A stretch of DNA of 64,000 nucleotides, from positions 136,152,001 through 136,216,000 of the forward strand of contig CM068743.1 in assembly GCA_035084275.1 (NCBI GenBank), written 5' to 3'. Below the pieces are notes generated by a model. That model worked only from the letters and a program-made list of their open reading frames with translations. It was not told the DNA's origin and ran no database searches. This document shows positions 12,617-25,640 of the stretch, piece after piece; within the stretch, counting starts at the first letter, position 1; every line of letters begins with the position of its first letter. Both the position numbers and the translations under genes were made by a program. This stretch comes from Hydrolagus colliei. Lineage: Eukaryota.

Positions 12617-13975
12617 TAATAATTATTATAATTTACGCTCAAAGACCAGAACCACATATAGGTAGTGCACCATGTAGAAGTAAATGGGTTACAAATAAAT
12701 TACTAGGAAGATGCATGAAGTGGGACAAATTTCAGTTTTTTATCATTTGATTATCAATAGCTTTGTTTGTTGCTAAACCAAATTAACAATTATTATAATT
12801 ACTGGATTGCTTTTCTTCAATCTGCTTGATTTCCTGTTTTAAAATGATTTGTTAATCTGGCATTACTATTCTCTCATATGAATAAGCATCACTATTGGGA
12901 GATGGCAGATGGCATCTATAGTGCATGAATAAACTCTTATCCCAACATAGTCTATAAATTGGAGGTTGCTATCACCTCTGCAAGTAAATTGTGAAACAGT
13001 GACACCAAATCTCACTTATGCTATGCTTTCTACCATTAATTAGACTAAAGCTTTGGATGAATTCAGTGTAAATTTCCCTCCTAAGCATGTGCTCTAGTGA
13101 TCAAACTGCTGAACTAGACACGGTACTGGGAGAAATTATTTGGAATAATTAAATAGTGCCCCAAGGAGAAAACCATAAAATAAACATTTACAATGATTGG
13201 GGTGAAAAACGTGATATTATTATTAACAATTATTACCTGTGATAATTATTACTGTACACAAACATGTAATCTAAGCCTGTTGTTTATTTGAGTTATTGAC
13301 AGTCCAGTAATCGATTGTATTTGCATTTTATTTACTTACAAGTCATTTTTTGTGAAGTGAATAAGTGAACATGTATGCAATTATTATAAGCGTGAGATTT
13401 ATTTCCTAACAAGTATGATGTCCTCTGCTAGAATAATGATGATACCATCACTAGAATTGTTAGAAATGTATAGTTAGAATACAATTGATACTAATATAAG
13501 CACCTTATCAAGTCAAAACATTTAAATTTGTAAGAAAATCTGGCAGTTAATTCACATTGTTGAGATGTCTCAAAGCGTTTCATAAGATTTACAGTAAAAT
13601 GTAGTGACTGTATAGTTTGTAGGTGAACACAAGAGCATACAGTAATTTCCACACATACTGCTCTGAATTGAATGGCTCAGTTTTTTTTTCTGGAGGATTT
13701 CTTGGACAGGACACCAGATAAATACCTGTAAATTAAAGAGTATTTTAAGGAATAGTACAACAGGTGTTATCCCAATGTTTTCCATAAGTTTTGAGAACAT
13801 GGATAGATTCTTCTGGGAGTTTCAAACTGGAACATTTTGAATTCTGTTGAAAGGTAACATTGAGATCTAAAATATATCATTTGCAAACCAGAAGCAGCTG
13901 TGCTATTTGTGATTCCTGTTTTGTGCTTGAAATTTGCTGGCATTAGTGTACATTAAAGAAATTACAGTAAAAACG

Positions 13976-14165
13976 AGTCTCCAATCCTGAATTAACAAGT
14001 CTACAATCCTGAATTAACAAATCTACAATCCTGAATTAACAAGTCTACAATCCTGAATTAACAAGTCTACAATCCTGAATTAACAAGTCTACAATCCTGA
14101 ATTAACAAGTCTACAATCCTGAATTAACAAATCTACAATCCTGAATTAACAAGTCTACAATCCCG
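13976..14165. repeat. 22-bp minisatellite, about 8.5 copies
   Basis: caatcctgaattaacaagtcta starts at 13982, 14004, ... 14136, with a partial unit at 14158. Units 2 and 7 carry a g>a variant. Confidence 0.97.
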
Positions 14166-15348
14166 AACGAGGTGCAGTGTTTTGCAGCAGTGCAGTGCTT
14201 TGCAGTGGCTCAAAATCAAATCAGCCACAATCACAACTTCTGGTTTTCAACTGGGTTAAAATGATTCTGCATTGTACAGAAGCCAAGTCTTGTAGGGCTG
14301 TATTTATCTTTTAGCAATAGCAGACAACTATTGCTGAACAAATGCTTTTCTGCTTTGCAAATGATTGTTTCAAGAGAGTTCTCCCATATTATTTCCTCTA
14401 TTTTAAAAACAAGTACTGAGGAATTTCATTCCTTATCATTTCTTTACTGCTTCAACTCAAATGCCACCTTTTGATGAGATTAACATATCATCTGAAGTGC
14501 AGAATTCATTTCATGTTATTCATAGAAGATTTATAATTCATTTACTGTTTCCAATTACAAACAAAGAAGATGAAATTTCCAATTGAGAAAAAAATCTTCC
14601 TTACAGATGCATTAAAACATGGATGTAATCTCCAGAGAAATCTTACTAAAATGCCTTTGTTTCCAATGTTTATTTTGTTGCTTTATATTTTTAAACCCAA
14701 AGAAGACAATTAAACATTAATAGTAATATATCCATTTTAGAGGGTAACAATTTGCTTTTAAAAGCTTTTACAATTGTCAGCCTGGCTGAAGCCACGGCCA
14801 CTGGTGGTGGAGCAGATTGGAAAGGTAGGGAGGTGCGAGGCTATGAAGGGATTTGTAAACAAATGAGAGAATCTAAAAATTGATCTGTTCAGTAATTGGA
14901 AGCCATTGGAGCCTGGCAAGCACATCCTGTGAAGCATTTTGAGATGTCTTGACGATGTGATAAAGAGCTATATCAAATTCAAGGATTGTTATTATTTATT
15001 ATTAAAAGGTTTGTGGAAAGTGTAGTGACTGTGTATTTGTAGGCAAATGAAGGACACAATTTGCACACAGCAATACATAGGGACTGTTAGCAAATAGTGC
15101 CATGGGATCTCAAACATCCACCTGAAGTGGCAGACGGGATTTAATTTAGCATCACTGGAATTGAACCCAGGTCTCTTGTTTGCAAGGCGAGTGCTCTAAC
15201 CACTGAGCTACAGGACTCCTGGATAAAGGTGCTGGGAACTATCACCACGTAAACTCTTAAGCTGAATAAACTGTCCATTCACTGCATTTTATGAATAATT
15301 TTGTATTCCTTTATTAGTCAGCAAGTGATTGAATAGAAAATAATAATA

Positions 15349-15410
15349 CAGTAAAAGCCCATTTATCGGGACCTGACCAATGCCGGTTAAAGCGCCTGCC
15401 GGATACTCGT
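15349..15410 (+). mobile_element. Solo left end of a pogo/Tigger-type MITE related to 3366-3714
   Basis: ta|cagtaaaagcccatttatcgggacctgacc...ccggttaa...gccggata resembles 3366-3432. No partner TIR found. Confidence 0.55.
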
Positions 15411-15732
15411 CTCAAAGCATTTGACAATGATAGAATTGTTTTGGTTAGTCAAGCTTCCGACCCAAACAGAAACACAATGTGTTTAAGTGTATCCAAATTA
15501 AAATGAACCTTTGATGCATCTCATCGATACACGGAAACTTTTGTGCATTAGAATGGAATGTCCCTCTCTCCCTGGATGGACACACAAGATGAGGTTGGAG
15601 CTGGGGGAGGCTGGGGAGAGGTAACAACAAGAACAATAAATTACAATTGTATTGCACCTTGCACATCGGGGGTAAACCAACATAGTTCCTTAAAAATCAT
15701 ATCAGTTGACTTGCTCTGTTTATAGATTAATT

Positions 15733-16330
15733 TTAATCTATAAAATTATAGATTTTAGAGGCCTCAGCTGGAATACTGTGTTCAATTCTGGTCACCACAC
15801 TACAGAAAGGTTGTGAAGGCATTGGAAAGGGTACAACGAAGATTTACTAGGATGGTGCCAGGATTGAGGGACTTCAGCTATGAGGAGAGGCTAGATAGGC
15901 TAGGGTTATTCTCTCTGGAGCAGAGAAGATTGAGGGGAGACCTAATAGAGGTTTATAAGATCATGAGGGGTTTCGACAGGGCAAATAGAGAAAAACTATT
16001 TCCACTCGTGGGTGAATCTGTGACTCGTGGTCACAGATTTAAAATAGTTTCAAGGCGCAGTAGAGGGGAGCTGAGGAGAATTTTTTTCACTCAGCGAGTA
16101 GTTCGAATCTGGAATGCATTGCCTGAAAAGGTGGTGGAGGCTGATTCGATATCAACTTTTAAAAGGGAATTAGATCTTTATTTAGGGAGAACAGGTCTAT
16201 TAGGCTATGGGGAGCGGGCAGGGCAGTGGGATTGAATCGCTCTTTTCAAAGAGCCGGCACAGACTAGATGGGCCGAATGGCCTCCTTTTGTGCCATAAAA
16301 TTCTATGAATCTATGAATCTATGAATCTAT
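15733..16330 (+). mobile_element. CR1 LINE 3' fragment with open ORF2 C-terminus and (AATCTATG)n tail
   Basis: RPQLEYCVQFWSP, then ORF 15813-16235 ALERVQRRFTRMVPGL...LGLFSLEQRRLRGDLIEVYKI...FFTQRVVRIWNALP; tail ttctatgaatctatgaatctatgaatctat. Confidence 0.96.
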
Positions 16331-17439
16331 AATTTGAATGAAATGGACGGCTGTGCTGACAAACGAGACCCCAACAGTAAGGGGAGTATTGGAAGCATGT
16401 GTGATTCCATGACCAAGTGAATGATTGTAAGAGTTCTTTTTGAGTACGACAGCATTTCTATCCCAAATTAAAAAGAGTTATCTCCGAGTTATGGTTCAAA
16501 AATAGGCTTATTTCGTCCCTTATGCTTGGCAGACTTTATGTATACTGCATCATGCTGTCAGAGACAAACAATCAAACATCCTCTGGAAAAGCGTTGCTAA
16601 AAGAAAGTTGCCAAGGATTTTTTTTCTGTGCAGCTTGCACATTCAACATTGGACAGCAGCCATGATAAATCAGAAAGAGCCACAATTCACAGCGCATTTT
16701 CATTTGCTAAAATACGATGTGTTGGATCTACATGTCTGTATAAAATGTTTGGGCAATGCACAAACATACTTTGCAACAACTTTATTTGACAACAACAAAT
16801 TGCATTTATAAAACGTCCATCACATTTATATAATGGCCTTCAACACCTTGGGACATCTTCACGATGTGAAACGCGCTCTATAAATGTAATTTTGTTGTTT
16901 GTTCTTGTTCACATGGGAAGTATCTCAGAGAACTTGGCAACACAAAATTTGGCATCGGGCTGGGGAGAAAGGGAAGGGTACAGTTCTAAAAGGAGAACGT
17001 TTCCAGATGCTATCTGAAATGGGGGCAAGATGGATGGATTGAGGCAGAGAATCCATATCTCTATGCAAGAAAATTGTTATTCTAAGATGAGGTAGGAAAA
17101 GATAGGTTGTTCATTTCTATGCACCATGACCTGAGCCATTGGGAATCTTTATGAACTCAAATACTCATAATATTCCCAGGAAATTGAAGGCTGCAGACTG
17201 CACTAATGAATTGAGCTACAACTGTTAAGAACGAAAATCACATTATGTCTCAAAGTTATGAAACAAGTAATTAACAACAAGTGTAGAGATTGTTTTGTAG
17301 ACAAACATGGAAGTAATTTGCTTTATTCAAAAAATGCTGTTGGCTCTTTAACATCCACCTGTGAGGGTGGATGTTAAACATCTTAACATCTTAACATCTT
17401 AACATCTCATCTTAACATCTCATCTATTGTAAATTAGAC

Positions 17440-18470
17440 TGCGGGATGTGAATTCCAGAGGTTACGGGCAGAGTGGCTGAAGGCTCGCCCACTGATAGTG
17501 GGGCCAGTGGGTCGGGGGACATGGAGCCGGCCGGAGCCCACTGAGCAGAGGGACTGGGCAAGGTCATAGGGGTTTAGGAGGTTGCAGAGGTAAGGAGGGA
17601 AAAGACCGTGGAGGGCTTTGAAGGAGAGGACCAGGATCTAGGATTGAATCCTCTGGGTGATGGAGAGTCACTGGAGTCGGGCGAGAATGGGGGAGATGGG
17701 TTCATGGAGCTTAGTGGGATAGAGGACACAGGCTACAGAGTGCTGGATTATCTGCAGCCTATGGAGGGAAGAGTTGGGAAGACCGACAAGCGGGGCATTG
17801 GCGTAGTCGAGCGTGGATGTGATGAAGCATGAATGACAGTTTCGGCTGGGGTGAGGTAGTGGCAGAATCGGGCAATGTTGCAGAGGTTAGGGAAGGCAGA
17901 ATGGGTCATGGCTTAGATGTGGGGAGGAAAGACAATTGAGGATCGAACAAAACATCAAGGTTCCTGACTGGCTTGATAAAGTGGAGTGTGCAACCATGGA
18001 GGTTGATGCTGCCAATGTCTGATGTGTGAATGCACTGGCGTTAGCCAATCAAGAGGGCCTCGGACTTGTCAGGACTTGATGTCTGACAGGCAGTCTGTCA
18101 GGATAGCAGTGGTCCTGGAGTCGAGGGTAGAGGCAGAAAGATAGAGTTGGGTGTCATCCACACGCATGTCTAAATTGACCCCATATCTGTGGATGATATT
18201 ACCAAGGGGAAGCATCCAGATATTGAAAAATTGGGGGCCAAGGTGAGGTCAAGGGGCTGGCCATGGACATGAGTGGTAGAATGGATGTGGAGGGAGAGAT
18301 TAAGGGAAGTGAGAAGGGAGGAGAAGCCACCAGAGGTAGACCAGGAGGATGAAATCGCCTAAGATGAGGAGGCAATCAAAGGAGAGGGAGAGGGAAGATA
18401 GGAGGGTGGAGATGTCCGAGAGGAATGTGGGGGAGGGCTTGGGGGGAACGATGGAGAAGAAAGATTTTGA
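17440..18470 (-). mobile_element. L2-clade LINE ORF2 fragment (degenerate RT)
   Basis: Minus strand 18141-18238 reads GPQFFNIWMLPLGNIIHRYGVNLDMRVDDTQLY, matching the L2 RT motif LGPLLF.IYMLPLG.II..HG...H.YADDTQLY. Confidence 0.85.
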
Positions 18471-21400
18471 GGGAATACTATATCTTCAAGATTTGGAAAT
18501 AGTGCTGGCTTCATCTCAGGCTACGAAGAACATGCTTCAAGATGTAAAAGTAAAAGCTTATCTCATTAGGAAAACCTTGGAGGAATGTGAAATCATGTAG
18601 AACAACCATTCCCTGTGGAGACGTATCACTCTATTGATGCATCAAACATATATATCACAATACTGGTCCATCTTTGCAGAATATGGTGCTCCCATCACTG
18701 CATCAAGCTGTTTATCGAATACGTCCAATGTCCTGGCCTCAACAACTTTTACTATAATCAGTTCCAGTCATTAGTTACTCTCTGTGTAAACTAATATTTT
18801 CTGCTTTTTGTGCTGAAATTGTCCTTATCGATTCAATTCTGGGTCCCCTTGCTACCTGAACAGAAAGAGGGAACCTCAGCTTTAATGTTGCTCTTCTCTC
18901 TCCTGCCTGTTGTGGCTGGGAACACCTCCCCCCCCCCCCACCACCACCCCCCCCCCGGCGACCAGAACTACATTGCACATTAAATTGTATTCTCAGTGCA
19001 ATTTGACCAGAGCTCTATGCAACTTGAGTATAATTCTGGCAATCTAAACTCGACTGATTTTCCAATTTAGCACAGCATCCAATTTGTCTTGTTTATTGCT
19101 GTATCGCACTGTTTTGGTGCGCAATAAATCAACTAACATTCCTACATCTCTCTCAGCTTGCCCCTGGGAAGGTTTATCCCAGGGATGTGAAAGAAGTGGC
19201 CTGAAGTTGGAATCTAATCCCCACCGTGGTTTTCCTCAGTTGGTCGGAGAAGATTCACCCTATTGTTGGCCATCGATCATTAGAATATTTTTACAACAAT
19301 AGTAATCCATAAATTTCATATATCAACTTTCATGTGGAGAGGATGTCCTAAAACACTTTGCAGGTTACGACGTAAAGTGTAGTTACTGTGTTTTTTTTAG
19401 GCAAACAATGATGATTGACTGAATCTGCTTTCCAATTATTGAGATCGGGCTAATAGGTCTGTACTTGGCTTGTGAAGCAGCATTTCTAGGTGGGTGTCAG
19501 CAATTGCAACCAGCATGTGATGAGTTGCTGTGTGAGCATCGCTGAGTCCAATATTCACAAGTCACCTACACACGCATCACACAAGGCAACCCCAAACAGC
19601 TTAGTAAGGTGTCAGAGCTACCACGGTGGAGCTCATTCACTGTGAGTCTGTAAGGGAATGCTGTGGTTGCACACAGAGCAATAGTTCCCACTTGTGATTA
19701 ATAACCTGACCACAGTAATGAACTACAATTGTAAATAAGCCATTTGTTCCTGGAGGTCGCCAGAAGAATAGAAAAATTAAGTCAAACACTCCTTTTTATC
19801 GCTGCAGTTCCTGAAGATTTAAACAGCTATTGATTAGATTGAGCTCTTTCTCTCCTCAAAGGGAAAATAATAGACAGAGCCAGCCAGGTAGTACTTGGGT
19901 GCAGGAGGAATGGACTCATGACTTGAATTAACAGCTATGAGTGGAATTGATGGACCTGTGGGCTTTGTGTGCTCTTTCCTTCCTACACTTCCTATGTTTA
20001 GGAATATCGTGAATTCATAGCCCTTCGTTGACATCTCAAGTTGAGCTTTGCACATTTCTGGGAGAATCTTAATAATGTATATTGTGCTGTTGAATGATTG
20101 ACAATGTAGACGCCAAGCTCCTTCGAGATATCTGAATGTGATGGATGCTTGAATGTGAACCTCTGGGTCCAATCACAGTCACTCAAGTGAACTCATATGC
20201 TCTGCTATTTGTTTCCAGTCTAGTCTGCTGGCTAGTCTCTTAAGAAAAGTCTTCAACTGAGAAAGGATCAGTGGATGTCTGCTTTTCAGAAAATAACCTG
20301 ACAAATTGTACACTGGACCTCTCCAGGGTTACCTTTTGAATCCATACAATAGGTGTGTCAAGGGCACAGACATACTATACATGGCTTTCCTATTACCGAA
20401 TGTTGCATCTACGTAACAGTAAACTAGAGAGGTACATTGAGGGACAAATGAGTCTTCAGGAGGGTTGCAGAGGGACTGAATAAATATGGTTCAAAACCTT
20501 GTGAGTTTGTGATGCAGGTGTGCGAGTGGGTGCCGAGGCAGTGAATGCAAAGACGAGAAATTTTATTTTTACTTTCAAGACATATTGTTGAATTGTTGAT
20601 AACCAGAACGATGGAGTGGCTTTGCACTTGATGGAACATGTCCTTTGAAGTTGTTTCTTTTATGTTGTGTATTTCCTTTTACACCAGAAAAAGCACTTTT
20701 TTTTCCATTAAACTGTGACCATTCTGCTCAGGGGACACAAAAAGCTTTTAAAAGATGAAAGCAGTAACATAAAAGGATGTTTAAAGGACAACTCCATTCC
20801 AGGCACTTCCCTTATCCTTGATTAGTAGTTATCATTAATGCATTTTCCCATTAAAAGCACTTAATAGTACGTCTTCCCATTTACTTCACAAACTGAGAGA
20901 TGTATTTTGTCAGCCAGGCTGACAAAATCTCAGTTTTTGTTATTGAGGTTTGCTGCTAAAAAAAAACATACATGTTGAATTCTTGGACACATTAAGAATT
21001 AATCAATATTATCTTTATGACATCCGTAGGCTGAGCAAATCTTCCCTCATCATAACTGTTTTCTTTCTGTATTACTAACATTTTATACTGTATAGATATA
21101 GTAATAGCTTTGTTTTCAAACAAATACACTTGTGATTTGCTCACATTTTTTCTTCGCCCTCAAGCACTACAGGGGAGAAAAAAAAAGGCTTTTTACAAGC
21201 AGGAAACATGTCTATTGGACGTTAATGAGGATGCAACGGAGAACGGAGGGTTTCACTTTCAAGCTCAGCTGATAATACAAAATAGACCACTATCACGTTG
21301 TGGTATAGCTATCTCACAGTGTCATTAGGCTTTGATTACATTTTTGTTCATTTTGGTGACAATTTAAAAAGCTCAGTACTCTAATTAAACTAGTCCATGA

Positions 21401-22761
21401 TATTTTTTGTATTAATAAGATCAATAAAAATAATACTAGCATTCGTATAGCACCTTATCAAATCAGAAGGACATCCTAAAGTGCATCATGGGATTTGCCA
21501 TGAAATTAAGTGCCTATAGATTTGTCTTGTCTATCACTCAACTTCGCATCGCTCTCTATATATCTTTAAACCCCCCCTGAAACTGCTTAAAATCTCTTTG
21601 ACCACCTCTCCCTCCCCTTTTCTCTTGCTCAGCATTCCACTTTGGTACCACAGCACTCTGAGACTCTAGCCAGCATGAAAGGCACTATATTAATGCATGT
21701 TGTTGTTGTTGCTGTATATACCATGTTCTGCATAGTAAATACAGACCACGGGCTTACCTCCATATTAATGAACACTTCTCCCTCACTCTTTATGTATCCC
21801 GAGGCCCAAATTACGATATTCTGCTGAATATAATACTAGATAGATACAGAACCATGTTGGGAAGCTCAGCTATTCATTCAGTCATCATACAGGGCTCAAT
21901 GTAATGCGTTACAAAAGCATATTCGTCAAAACCAAAATATGTACAAAGTGTCCATTAATATTGCCTGGTGAATAAAATGATTAAAAAGTGAAAAAGCTCT
22001 CGAAATGGCAAGAGGTTAGAGGTAACTACACACAAATGGCCACTCTGGTTTTGGGGACGAGGGCATGTTAATAAGACTGAGAGGTTTGGGCCAAAGGGTA
22101 AATTCCTGTTTCTTCTACAGTTCTGATCCGCACTAATCTCAGAATGGAGGATGGCTGCTACTCCCACAAATGTTCTCAGTGCCCCTGGGAATGGAACAGT
22201 AAAAAATTACTTGGGTTTCCATTCATAATCACTACCCAGCAATCTGTGTTGGGATTGAATGTATTTTGATGTTGGGTTATGACAAGATTGGCCTCAGTTG
22301 TATTTGCCTCCTGCTCAAATTGAATGGTCCATTGGATGAGGGACTGGAGAGAGACCAATTTGCCTGTGCTCCTTACCCCAACAGGAAATTAACGACTCCA
22401 AGAAGGAGAGTTGGAAAAATAAATATTTGCAAAGCATGGAAAAAAAAACATTGAAAGTAAGAATTGAGGAAGTGATGGCTTAGCAAGAAATAAATCCATT
22501 GCATAATGTCAGGGGTTATGCAGTGTAATATCAAGAGATCACTTATTTCTTTGTAAATCATCGATTGGAGTCATTTCTTTTATTTATACTACATCTTTCT
22601 TGGCTTTTAGGTTTCTGCTGACAAGTTATTTTATTTAAAGAATGATTCTCTTCCTTCGGGAACATTGTGTTATACAAAGCTGTGGCAGAATAAACAGTCC
22701 TGGACATCAGTTTAGCTAGGACTCAATGCAGGTCTTTGGAAGCTAAAGTTATAAATGTTTC

Positions 22762-23452
22762 TTGCATTTGATATGGTGCCTAATTATGTCTTCCGGACAC
22801 CTCAAAGAGCTTCACAGCTTATATATAAAGTGAGTTGACTGTGTATTTTCTGGGTGAAACAAGGCAGCCAATTGCCCACAGCTTTCGTGAATTGAGTGAC
22901 CAATATTCTTCAACAAAAAAGTCTATTAGGCCCCTGGAAACGGATTCACCAATTGACTAACTACAGTACCAGGTTCCTGCTTACTGCTAGATAAACAGAA
23001 GTATGTGGAGTAAGGGAACTTGACCAATGTTTTGCCCTGCCCAGGATTCAAACCCAGACGGATGGTTAGACGGGTGCTCTCACAAGCGAAGTAAATGAAG
23101 ATATACTGAAGTGAGGAAGCCTCTATTGTAATATAGTAATAAATAATCCTCGCATCTGATATCGTGCTTTTCAGGTCTTCTGGACATCTCAAAGCACTTC
23201 ACAAAATGTACTGGTACTGTAAATTGAAATTGACTGTATATTTTTGGGCAAAGCACGATATTCATTGAGCACAGCAGTGTCTCACAAACTGTTGTAGATT
23301 GAAGTGACCAATTTATTATTGTTTTTTTTCTTGAGGGATTATTATTAGGCGTGTGAAGTAAGGAAACTTGCCCAAGGTTTTGTCCCGCTGGGAATCAAAC
23401 TTTAGAGTATATTCTGCGCAAGTTGTTTGCTCTAAGCTCTGAGCTACAGGAC
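22762..23452 (-). mobile_element. Two head-to-tail tRNA/Deu SINE copies (long variant about 22762-23082, short variant about 23137-23452)
   Basis: Each has a ttgcatttgatat-type tail, gactgt(g/a)tatttt, and the gtaag(g)gaacttg.ccaa and head motifs. Confidence 0.85.
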
Positions 23453-24727
23453 ATGAAGTTTGGAGAACTCATGTGATCAACACGTTAATAGATGCAACAC
23501 ATTCATTGACTCTGAAGTATACTGTACAATTTGATGGACTCTAGATTGCAGCTCAAACTATCACATCTGTTTGGTGTGCTGGTCTCCATTTGACTTCTAT
23601 AGTTTCTCTCTGGTAACAGTACTTCAACTTGGAAATACTGTCATAGTTACCAAGCACTTTAGCTGGAAAACAGGACCAAGTTGATTGAGGCAGAGATGGA
23701 TTAATCTGAAAAGTCACCCATTCAAGTGTACAGCCGGCTGGAAATTGCTTCATTGTTTGTTTTGTGTTCATCGTGGGGAGGCATGTCAATGCTGTAAAAT
23801 AGAAGCTTTTGAACCCAATGTCAGCATTATCATAGCTTGTGGGGGCAGCTGAAAAGTCAATCGAAGACACAGTCCATTCTCCATTTCCTGCTGTCATGCT
23901 TTCAGTAATTCTCATGTGCACATCAGCAAAATGACTCAACATTTTTATGTGATGGGTCTTCATGTCCTGCCAAATTAAGAACTGATCAAACTCTATTGTG
24001 AATGATACTGTAATTCCCGAACCATAGAATTATGAAGACAGGGAAGTCAGTCTTTTAAGGATCGTCAATGTAGCAGGTAGGTTAAGGTGTAGGATTTGGA
24101 GTGTAAGCTTTATGACACAGACTTTAGAGTCTATATATAATCATATTGGGACAATGTGGACCTCTCTTCTGAGACACAATGTCAATTTATTGATCAGACA
24201 TTGGTTTTCTATCATTGCTGTCAAGTTTATTTAGAGATTTAAATGTATGTTTGCGTGAACAGTTCTCAATGATCTCAAGGAAAAGAAACAATCCTTAGTA
24301 AAGAGTTGGAACTGTGTATTTATGCATGAACGCTGCAGCCAATTCATAAATAATAATAATAATCCTTGCATTTGATATAGACTCTAGGTATCAAGGAGGG
24401 AGGGAGGGAGGGAGGGAGGGAAGGGGGAAAGATGACCAAAAGCACATCATTTGGTCTTAAGCAGGTCTAGCTTAAGATGGACCTCAAACAATTTGAGTGA
24501 GGGAGGGAGTTGAAGGGACTCTGAGATGAAGTGCTAGAGAACAGGGATTGAATTGCTGAATGCTTGTAAGGTTGCAATATCTCACTTTGTTACTGGTTGC
24601 ATGCACCTATTTTTCTTGCTAGTTTCCATAATTAGCAGAGAAAATTATTATATGAATAACAATAAAGCTTGCATTTGATGCAGCACTTACATCTCCTGTC
24701 AAAATCCTTCACAGAAATGATTGTATT

Positions 24728-25640
24728 ACATAAGAACATAAGAATTAGGAGCAGGAGTAGGCCATTCGGCCCTTCGAGCCTGCTCCGCCATTCAATAAGA
24801 TCATGGCTAATCTTCTTACCTAACTTTGATTACCCGCCCTATCCCCATATCCCCTAATCCCTCTATTTTTCAAAAATCTCTCAGTCTCAGTCTTGAAAAT
24901 GTTCAAGGACTGAGCATCTACAGCCTTCTGGGGTAGTGAATTCCATAAATTCACTACCCTCTGAGTGAAGAAATGTTTCCTCAACTCTGTTCTAAAAGGC
25001 TGACCCTTAATTTTAAGACTGTGACCCCTGGTTATAGATTCTCCTACCAGGGGAAACAATCCCTCAGTGCCTACTTTATCTATCCCTTTAAGAATCTTAT
25101 ATGTTTCAATAAGATCCCCCCTAATTCTTCTGTACTCTAGAGAATACAGCCCTAGTTTATTCAACCTATCCTCATAGGTCAGTCCCCTCATCCCAGGAAC
25201 TAACCTAGTGAATCTACGCTGCCCCCCCTCTAAGACAAGTATGTCCTTTATTAAATAAGGCGACCAAACCTGCACACAATACTCTAGGTGCGGTCTCACC
25301 AGAGCCCTATACAGTAGCAGCAAGACTTCCCTACTCTTATACTCTAAACCTTTTGAAATGAACGCTAGCATGCCATTCGCCTTCTGAGTTGCTTGCTGCA
25401 CCTGCAAACTAACTTTTGGGGACTGGTGTACAAGGACATCCAAATCCCTTTGAATACTAACACTATCTAACCTCTCCCCCTCTAGAAAATAATCTATTAT
25501 TTTATTCTTGCTACCGAGGTGAACAATTTCACACTTGCTATCGTTGAATTCCATCTGCCACCTACTTGCCCACTCCCCTAGCCTATCTATATCTTGTTGC
25601 AATCTTTTTGCATCATCCTCAGAGCTCACTCTGCTACCGA
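24728..25640 (-). mobile_element. CR1-clade LINE of a second family ((TTCTTATG)n tail, HER1-like), 5'-truncated, ORF2 C-terminus open
   Basis: ORF 24820-25734: LQQDIDRLGEWASRWQMEFN..KC, LYRALVRPHLEYCVQVWSPY, RRIRGDLIETYKIL, FFTQRVVNLWNSLP. Tail acataagaacataagaa. The first ~30 aa of the called ORF are flanking DNA. Confidence 0.96.

Noticed and set aside
13976-14165. CRISPR-like array
   Set aside because: Units are directly adjacent with no unique spacers, there are no cas genes, and the context is eukaryotic.
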